From Minisyncoccota bacterium (GTDB lineage: Bacteria; Patescibacteriota; Minisyncoccia; Minisyncoccales; CG1-02-41-26), in contig JAQULB010000002.1 in the NCBI GenBank assembly GCA_028718785.1, forward strand, positions 84,750 through 148,749: a stretch of DNA of 64,000 nucleotides, written 5' to 3'. The notes under the pieces were generated by a model. That model saw only the letters and a program-made list of their open reading frames with translations. It ran no database searches and was not told the DNA's origin. A program made the position numbers and the translations under genes. Numbering within the stretch: position 1 is the first letter of the stretch; each line of letters starts with the position of its first letter. Shown here in pieces: positions 57,677-64,000 of this stretch.

Positions 57677-58984
57677 ATGGATCCCGTTTATTTTGCTCAA
57701 ATTACAAAAGGAATATTAGGAATTTTGTGGTCAGTTTTTAAAGTTTGGTGGTGGCTTCCTTTGCCTTTTATTATTTTTCCAAAGTTAAAGTTTATATACG
57801 AATGGTATATGAACGATGTGTATTGGGGAAAAGCTAATTGGATGGTTTTGGAGGTTAAAATACCCAAAGAAATTGACAGACCATTAAAAGCAATGGAGCA
57901 GGTTATCTCTAACTTTTGGACTTTGTATGATCCTCCTGATTTTAAGGAAAGATGGTTTGAGGGAAAGTATTTGTTAAATTTTTCTTTGGAAATTGCTTCA
58001 ATTGATGGAAAAATTCATTTTTATATTTATTTACCCGGAGCTATGAGAAAAGCGTTTGAGTCAGCTATTTATTCTCAGTACCCAGAAGTGGAAATTGAGC
58101 AAGTAATGGATTATACTCGCATGGTTCCCCAAGACATTCCTAATAAGGACTGGGATATGTGGGCTTGCAACTTTAAGATGATGAAAAAAAGGTGCTATCC
58201 CATTAAAACTTATCTTAGTTTTTTTGAACCAACTCAAGAAATTGAAGAAGAAAGAAGAGTTGACCCACTAGCTGTTCTTTTAGAAGGAATGTCGCGTTTA
58301 AGACCCGGGGAGCAATTATGGTTTCAAGTTATATTAAAGCCAATTTTGTTAGATAGTGAAAACGATTGGAAGGTGGAAGGCCGGGAGGAATTATCCAAAC
58401 TTTTAAAAAGGCCTTTGCCAGTAAAAGACAATAAAACAATTGTGGGAGAGGCGTATAATCTTTTGGTTCATGACAAAGAGCCATTTAAAGGTGAAGAAAA
58501 AGTTGAGCCCTTATTGCCCCCTGAACTGCATTTAAGCCCGGGTGAAAGAGAAATAGTGCAAGGCATTGAAAATAAAATGTCAAAACATGGTTTTGAAACA
58601 ATAATAAGAATGATTCTTTTGGGGAAAAAGGATGTTTTTTTCAAGCCCAATTTGCGCTTGGTTTTAAATTTATCAAGCGGTGTTTCCACTATAAATTTAA
58701 ACGGCTTAAAGCCATTTATGACAACCAAGGTGGTTGCTCCAGCTTTTTACAGGGATAAAAGGCTTTATATTAAAAAGAGAAAACTTTTTAGAAGATATTT
58801 AAGCAGGTGGGCTTATTTTTTCCCAAAAACTGTGCCCGGACAAAGTCATGGCCACTTAGTTTTAAATCCAGAGGAAATAGCCACTTTGTGGCATTTTCCA
58901 GGCAAAGCAGCCATGCCAGCGGCCGGATTGGAAACAATTGAATCAAAGAAAGCTGGCCCACCAGCCAATCTACCCATTGGGTAA
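57677..58984 (+). CDS. hypothetical membrane protein (partner of the downstream VirD4/TraD-like ATPase)
   Basis: 435 aa. An N-terminal Trp-rich hydrophobic segment, one or two TM helices (ILGILWSVFKVWWWLPLPFIIFP), then a large soluble domain. No family recognised. Confidence 0.5.
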   Translation: MDPVYFAQITKGILGILWSVFKVWWWLPLPFIIFPKLKFIYEWYMNDVYWGKANWMVLEVKIPKEIDRPLKAMEQVISNFWTLYDPPDFKERWFEGKYLLNFSLEIASIDGKIHFYIYLPGAMRKAFESAIYSQYPEVEIEQVMDYTRMVPQDIPNKDWDMWACNFKMMKKRCYPIKTYLSFFEPTQEIEEERRVDPLAVLLEGMSRLRPGEQLWFQVILKPILLDSENDWKVEGREELSKLLKRPLPVKDNKTIVGEAYNLLVHDKEPFKGEEKVEPLLPPELHLSPGEREIVQGIENKMSKHGFETIIRMILLGKKDVFFKPNLRLVLNLSSGVSTINLNGLKPFMTTKVVAPAFYRDKRLYIKKRKLFRRYLSRWAYFFPKTVPGQSHGHLVLNPEEIATLWHFPGKAAMPAAGLETIESKKAGPPANLPIG

Positions 58985-59118
58985 ATCTTAATATCTAAAT
59001 CCTAAATCCTAAACAAATCCAAATGACCAAAACCCAAAATCCAAAACAAAAAAGACAAACTGAGCCATTTTGGATTTAAAACATTTTGGCTTTGAGTTTA
59101 TTTAGAGTTTAAACATCT

Positions 59119-60912
59119 ATGGAGGAAATTACATTTTTTGGCGAGACCTCATTTCGCAACGAGCGTAAAAGATTTGGTATTAAGCTTGATGACAGGCGTA
59201 AGCATGTTTATGTTATTGGAAAAACTGGAATGGGAAAGACCCAACTTTTAAAAAATATGGCCATTCAGGATATTCAAAATGGCCATGGCCTTGGGTTTGT
59301 TGACCCACACGGAGAAGCAGCCAGCGAGCTTTTGGACTATATTCCCAAAGAAAGAATTAAAGATGTTATTTATTTTAATCCTGCTGATTTAGATTATCCA
59401 ATTAGTTTTAATGTAATGGAAAAAGTGGATGTTGAGTTTAGACATCTTGTGGCTTCTGGTTTAATGGGTGTTTTCAAAAAAATATGGCCTGATGTTTGGT
59501 CAGCTCGAATGGAGTATATCTTAAATAATTGCATTTTATCTTTGTTAGAATATCCCAATTCAACTCTGCTTGGCGTTAACAGGATTTTAGCTGATGAAGA
59601 ATATCGGGCCAAAGTGGTTGAGGTAATAAAAGACCCAATTGTTAAATCATTTTGGCTTAATGAGTTTGCGAGATATTCTCAAAAATATGAAACTGAAGCA
59701 ACTGCTGCCATTCAAAATAAAATAGGCCAGTTTATTTCTTCCCCGCTTATTCGCAATATTATTGGCCAAACAAAATCGTCTCTTGATATGAGAAAAATAA
59801 TGGATGAAGAAAAGATTTTAATTATGGACCTTTCAAAGGGCAGGATAGGGGAGGACTCTTCAAAATTATTGGGCGGACTTTTAATCACCAAACTGCAGTT
59901 AGCGGCTATGTCGAGAGTGGATATTCCAGAAGACGATAGAAAGGACTTCTTTTTGTATGTTGACGAATTTCAAAATTTTGCCACAGAATCATTTGCTAAT
60001 ATTTTATCAGAAGCAAGAAAATATCGATTGGGCTTAACTTTGGGGCATCAATATATAACCCAAATGGATGAAACCGTTAGAGATGCTGTTTTTGGCAATG
60101 TGGGCACAATGATTGTTTTTAGGGTGGGAGCAGAAGACGCTGAGTTTTTAGAAAAAGAGTTTGCGCCTAATTTAACAGCAAATGATATTGTAAATTTGGG
60201 GAAGTATAATATTTACACAAAATTAATGGTTAATGGCATTGCCTCAGATCCTTTTTCAGCTGATACTCTTCCCCCCCTAGATATGCCAGCAAAATCGTTT
60301 AAAGAAGAAATAATTGAGTCCTCAAGAAAAGCGTATGCGGGCATTCGTGAAAAAATAGAGGGAGATATCTCTAAATGGACTGGGGATTTTGTATTGCAAA
60401 AAGATTTTAAAAAGCCAATCGAGCTTTATGATGCGGTGTGCGAGGGTTGTAAAAAAAATACCAAAGTGCCGTTTAAGCCAGACAATAAAAGGCCGGTTTA
60501 TTGCAAGGCCTGTTTAAAAAAAATGGAAACTGAATCTTCCCCAGAAGAAAAAAGTGATAATTTAAAAGAGCGCGCTTCTGTTGTTTCAAATTTATCCGCA
60601 GAAAAACTAAGCGTTCCGCCCGTTGTTAAAAAAGAAATTCCCCGAAAAGAAGTTGAGCCAAAAGAGGAATATAGCGAGGAAAAGGGAACTGTTTCTTTAG
60701 AAGAGCTTTTATTGAGAAATACTGTTCCTTTTGGGAAAAAACAAAAAGAGGAACAGAAAAAAGCCAAACAAGAAATTAACAAAGAGAAGCTAAAAGAGGC
60801 CATTAAAGAATCATTAAAAGATATTGAAATATCAAAAAAAGAAGAGGAAAAGAAAAAACAAGATAATTTGCCAAAAGAAATAAGCCCGGGGGAAGTTATA
60901 AAATTTGAATAA
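59119..60912 (+). CDS. VirD4/TraD/TrwB-like (type IV coupling protein-like) P-loop ATPase with C-terminal zinc ribbon and K/E-rich tail
   Basis: 597 aa. Walker A VIGKTGMGKTQL, Walker B FFLYVDEFQNFAT, GHQYITQ. Zn ribbon CEGCKKNTKVPFKPDNKRPVYCKACLKK, then ~110 aa of K/E-rich low complexity. Confidence 0.7.
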   Translation: MEEITFFGETSFRNERKRFGIKLDDRRKHVYVIGKTGMGKTQLLKNMAIQDIQNGHGLGFVDPHGEAASELLDYIPKERIKDVIYFNPADLDYPISFNVMEKVDVEFRHLVASGLMGVFKKIWPDVWSARMEYILNNCILSLLEYPNSTLLGVNRILADEEYRAKVVEVIKDPIVKSFWLNEFARYSQKYETEATAAIQNKIGQFISSPLIRNIIGQTKSSLDMRKIMDEEKILIMDLSKGRIGEDSSKLLGGLLITKLQLAAMSRVDIPEDDRKDFFLYVDEFQNFATESFANILSEARKYRLGLTLGHQYITQMDETVRDAVFGNVGTMIVFRVGAEDAEFLEKEFAPNLTANDIVNLGKYNIYTKLMVNGIASDPFSADTLPPLDMPAKSFKEEIIESSRKAYAGIREKIEGDISKWTGDFVLQKDFKKPIELYDAVCEGCKKNTKVPFKPDNKRPVYCKACLKKMETESSPEEKSDNLKERASVVSNLSAEKLSVPPVVKKEIPRKEVEPKEEYSEEKGTVSLEELLLRNTVPFGKKQKEEQKKAKQEINKEKLKEAIKESLKDIEISKKEEEKKKQDNLPKEISPGEVIKFE

Positions 60913-60913
60913 T

Positions 60914-62071
60914 ATGTTTAGAAGTTTAAATGATTACAATTTTTTTAATAAAAAGGTTTTAGTGAGGTGCGATTTTAATGTGGCAATTGAAAGGGGCAAG
61001 GTTGTTGATGATTTTAAAATAAAAAGAGCCCAAAAAACCATAGAGTATTTAAAAGAAAGCGGGGCAAAAATAATTTTGGCCAGTCACTTAGAAAAAGACA
61101 ATTTTTTTGATAGAGCGAGTTTGAGGCCAGTTTCTGTGGTTTTAGAAAAGTTATTTAGTGAGAAAACACTATTTTCTCCAAAATGTATTGGGAAAAAAGC
61201 TAAAAGAATGGCTGAAAATCTAAAACCTGGCCAGATTTTACTTTTAGAAAATTTACGCTTCAATAAGGGTGAAAAGAAAAATAGCGAAAAGTTTGCCAAA
61301 GAGCTTGCGGGATTGGCTGAAATTTATGTTGGGGAGGCCTTTAGTTGTTGTCATAGAGACCATGCTTCTATTGTTTCTTGTCCAAAACTTTTACCTCATT
61401 TTATTGGGCTCGAATGTGAGAGGGAAATAAGCGTTTTAAGTTCTTTGATGGAAAAACCAGAAAGACCGTTAGTTGTTTTAGTTGGGGGGGCCAAGGTGGA
61501 GGCAAAATTAAAAATGATTAAAAAGTTTTTGCCATTGGCTGATCATTTGCTTTTTGGGGGGAAGATTGCTAATGTTTTGCTTTCAGTGAAGGGTATTGTG
61601 GTTGAAAATTCAGAGATTAGCTCTCAAACAAAAAGAATTTTATCTCAAATTAACTTAACTGATCCTAAAATCCATTTACCTTTAGATGTTTTAGCATCTT
61701 TGGGCGGTAAAAACGATAATGTAAGGCAAGTGGCTTTGGGAGGTATAAGAAAAGAAGAAGAAATTTTTGACATTGGAGAGGCAACCCAAGAAAAATTTTC
61801 AGAAATTTTGAAAACAGCTAAAACTATTTTTTGGTCTGGAGATTTAGGGCTTGTTGAGAATCCAAAATTTAGAAATGGCACATCGGAAATTGTTAAAGCA
61901 ATAGGGAAGAACAAGAGCGCTTTAAGGGTGGCTGGGGGAGGAGATACGGTGGCCTTTATAAGGAGCGAGGGTATGGAAGGCGATTTTTCTTTTCTGTCGA
62001 TTGGAGGAAGCGCTTTATTGGAGTTTATAGCCAACGGAACCCTGCCTGGCGTTGAAGCGCTGAAAATATAA
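60914..62071 (+). CDS. pgk: phosphoglycerate kinase
   Basis: KKVLVRCDFNV, ILASHL, LLENLRFNKGEKKN, GEAFSCCHRDHAS, GGAKVEAKL, GGGDT. The ATG at 60914 is preferred to the TTG at 60905. Confidence 0.9.
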   Translation: MFRSLNDYNFFNKKVLVRCDFNVAIERGKVVDDFKIKRAQKTIEYLKESGAKIILASHLEKDNFFDRASLRPVSVVLEKLFSEKTLFSPKCIGKKAKRMAENLKPGQILLLENLRFNKGEKKNSEKFAKELAGLAEIYVGEAFSCCHRDHASIVSCPKLLPHFIGLECEREISVLSSLMEKPERPLVVLVGGAKVEAKLKMIKKFLPLADHLLFGGKIANVLLSVKGIVVENSEISSQTKRILSQINLTDPKIHLPLDVLASLGGKNDNVRQVALGGIRKEEEIFDIGEATQEKFSEILKTAKTIFWSGDLGLVENPKFRNGTSEIVKAIGKNKSALRVAGGGDTVAFIRSEGMEGDFSFLSIGGSALLEFIANGTLPGVEALKI

Positions 62072-62269
62072 AAAGATATAGAATGGTAGCGCTTCCGCAA
62101 GGAGGGGTCGGGAGGAATGCAATTCCTCCCGTGTAGGAAAACAGGCCACCTTTGGTGGCCGTTAGAAACCAAGGGTTTCTAAAGAGCGAGAGAAGCGAGC
62201 GATGGAAGCGCTTTATTGGAGTTTATAGCCAACGGAACCCTGCCTGGCGTTGAAGCGCTGAAAATATAA
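62006..62269 (+). repeat. perfect 66-bp direct repeat (62006-62071 and 62204-62269) flanking a 132-bp GC-rich palindromic insert
   Basis: Both copies read ggaagcgctttattggagtttatagccaacggaaccctgcctggcgttgaagcgctgaaaatataa (the last 21 pgk codons plus stop, with 2 nt of the preceding codon). The insert carries three perfect hairpins (62109-62131, 62144-62160, 62162-62182). Confidence 0.95.
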
Positions 62270-62405
62270 CAGCCTTAAACCCAAAATCCAAATAACAAAT
62301 GTCAAATCAAACCAAAAATCCAAATAACCAAAAAGGTTTTTTCTTGGGTTTTGAATTTTGAATTTGAATTGAAATTTGGATCTTGAAATTTGGATTTTTT
62401 TATTT

Positions 62406-63563
62406 ATGTTTCACGAAATAAAAAATTTAAAAAAAGCGGCTAAAAGAATCAAGCAGGCCGTTAAAAATAGCGAAAGAATAGTTATTTTTGCCGATGCTGA
62501 TTTAGATGGCACAACTTCCGCTATTATATTAGAGGAAACAATCAGTAATTTATCAGGAAAGGTTGACTTAGTTTTTTTCCCCGATAGAGGAGAATGCGGG
62601 TATGGTTTAAGCGAAAAAGCGGTTGATAGTTTTTCAAATATAGCGCCTGGTTTATTAATAATTTTGGATTGTGGTATTGGCAGTTTTGAGGGAATAAAAA
62701 AGGCCTCAGAGCTTGGTTTTGATGTTATTGTTATTGACCACCATGAGATTTTAGGAGAATTACCCAAACCAGCTTTAATTGTTGACCCAAAACAATCAAA
62801 AGACAAGTATCCTTTTAAGAAATTAGCTAATGTAAGCTTAACTTATAAATTAAGCGAGGAAATTTTTGGTAAAAAAATGCCCAACATTGTTCAAAAAGGA
62901 TTTTTTGAGTTAGCAGCTTTAGGAGCGATTGCTGATATGATGCCAGAGGAAGATTATAATAAAAAAGTCATTGAAGAAGGACAAAAGTGCTTAAAAGAAA
63001 CATTTAGGCCTGGCTTTATAGCTCTTATTGATTATTTTAAAGAGCAAAAAGAAGGCGAAGAAAGCCAAAGGGCTATTTTTTCAAAAATTGTCACAATTTT
63101 AAATATAACTAACTTAAAAAACAATTTAACTGAAAGCTATCTTTTTTTTAAAGAAAATAACCTCTCAAAAGCCAGGGAAATGATAAGAATGCTGTCAGAG
63201 GAGGCAACAAAAAGACAAATGCGAATTCAGGAAATAACCGAACAAATTGTTGCTAATGATAATTCAAGCGAAAGCATAGTTTTTCAAGGCAATGAAATGT
63301 GGGAACAAGTTTTAACAGGACCTGTTGCTTCAAGGGTTTGCAATAAAACGAAAAAACCAACATTTGTATATAAGGTAGGTAAAGAAAAGTGCAGGGGCTC
63401 TGTAAGAATGCCCGACAAAAGAGATGGGGTTATGGCTATGAAGGCCTGCGAGAGCTTTTTAGAGGTTTATGGGGGCCATCCCCCAGCAGCTGGATTTACC
63501 TGCGATAAATCGCAAGTGGAGGGACTGAAGAAGTGTCTTGAGGAATACTTCGAGACAATTTGA
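62406..63563 (+). CDS. DHH/DHHA1-family phosphoesterase, short RecJ-like exonuclease
   Basis: IVIFADADLDGTTS, VIVIDHHE (DHH motif), GGHPPAAGF (DHHA1 GGH motif). The ATG at 62406 is preferred to the TTG at 62376. Confidence 0.75.
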   Translation: MFHEIKNLKKAAKRIKQAVKNSERIVIFADADLDGTTSAIILEETISNLSGKVDLVFFPDRGECGYGLSEKAVDSFSNIAPGLLIILDCGIGSFEGIKKASELGFDVIVIDHHEILGELPKPALIVDPKQSKDKYPFKKLANVSLTYKLSEEIFGKKMPNIVQKGFFELAALGAIADMMPEEDYNKKVIEEGQKCLKETFRPGFIALIDYFKEQKEGEESQRAIFSKIVTILNITNLKNNLTESYLFFKENNLSKAREMIRMLSEEATKRQMRIQEITEQIVANDNSSESIVFQGNEMWEQVLTGPVASRVCNKTKKPTFVYKVGKEKCRGSVRMPDKRDGVMAMKACESFLEVYGGHPPAAGFTCDKSQVEGLKKCLEEYFETI

Positions 63564-63673
63564 AATATTAAATATAAAATTGCAAATGTCTGTGTTTAAA
63601 ACAAAATTTAAAATATATTTAAAATTTAAGATGTAAATTTTAGATTTGCAATTTAAGATTTGAGATTAATTTT

Positions 63674-64000
63674 ATGCCTAAAATTATTATTAATACTGAC
63701 GGAGGTTCGCGTGGTAATCCCGGAGAAGGGGCAATTGGCGTTGTTTTAAACGATGAAAGAGGAACTGTTATTAAAAGGTATGGTGAAAGGATTGGTTTTT
63801 GCACCAATAATGAAGCAGAATACAAGGCCTTAATTTTTGGTTTAAAAAAGGCTAAGCAGATTGTTGGCAAAGATAAAATAAAGGGTTATGAAATAGAGGT
63901 TAGGTCTGATTCTGAGCTTTTAGTTAATCAAATGAATGGGAAATATAAAATTCAAGACGAAAAAATAGGCAAGCTTTTTTTAGAAGTTTGGAACTTAAGA
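63674..64000 (+). CDS. rnhA: ribonuclease HI (partial, runs off the window end)
   Basis: Not in the ORF track because it has no stop. The ATG at 63674 gives MPKIIINTDGGSRGNPGEGAIGVVL...CTNNEAEYKALIFGLKKA...VRSDSELLVNQMNGKYK, a type-1 RNase H pattern (D..E..D). Confidence 0.8.
   Translation, partial: MPKIIINTDGGSRGNPGEGAIGVVLNDERGTVIKRYGERIGFCTNNEAEYKALIFGLKKAKQIVGKDKIKGYEIEVRSDSELLVNQMNGKYKIQDEKIGKLFLEVWNLR

Noticed and set aside
61645-62172. 175-aa minus-strand ORF overlapping the pgk 3' end and the GC-rich insert
   Set aside because: It is antisense to a confidently identified pgk. Its N-terminal part merely runs through the palindromic insert. There is no motif support.
1-64000. Mobile-element genes, prophage, toxin-antitoxin or defence systems, rRNA operon
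   Set aside because: I found no transposase, integrase, recombinase, phage structural, restriction-modification, Cas or rRNA-like sequence in any frame by eye. The VirD4-like ATPase stands alone without other conjugation genes.

Overview
AT-rich bacterial window (about one-third G+C by eye, standard genetic code). Genes are tightly packed and almost all on the + strand, with many 1-40 nt overlaps. Several start codons I inspected have no obvious Shine-Dalgarno. The gene content suggests a Candidate Phyla Radiation / Patescibacteria-like organism: PG_binding-anchored surface proteins, a sigma region 4 + HARE-HTH protein, a short RecJ-like DHH protein and separate secD/secF. That assignment is inference only; I could run no searches.

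Layout:
- (1) 116-9081: ECF sigma factor, a membrane coiled-coil partner and four secreted proteins. Three of the four carry the same coiled-coil + peptidoglycan-binding anchor module. This block is bracketed by ~110-bp inverted repeats.
- (2) 9207-45295: a ~36-kb surface-glycan island. It holds SDR epimerases, a DUF4956-CotH-VTC triad, about 9 glycosyltransferases, 6 SAM methyltransferases, a radical SAM/SPASM enzyme and two DegT/PseC-type aminotransferases plus a class-III aminotransferase. It also has a pseudaminic-acid-type block (pseB, pseC, pseH-like, pseI, cytidylyltransferase), a Wzx flippase, a priming phosphoglycosyl transferase and a Wzy_C/O-antigen-ligase-like TPR protein.
- (3) 45559-64000: housekeeping genes: murB, secA, secD, secF, a P-type ATPase, pgk, a RecJ-like gene and rnhA (partial). 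Interspersed are a VirD4/TraD-like ATPase with a membrane partner and a sigma-r4/HARE-HTH protein.

The most unusual signals are non-coding:
- An atypical tRNA-like gene sits next to a separately promoted small RNA that is a perfect 14-nt complement of its anticodon arm.
- Three 86-bp tandem repeats, each with a conserved hairpin, lie in the divergent promoter region of the glycan island.
- A perfect 66-bp duplication of the pgk 3' end flanks a 132-bp GC-rich palindromic insert.
- Three perfect DnaA-box 9-mers each abut a -35 hexamer.
- Heptamer or intergenic-type low-complexity DNA is translated in-frame inside murB and secA.

No rRNA, CRISPR array, transposase or integrase was seen. All protein calls rest on motif recognition by eye, not on database searches.
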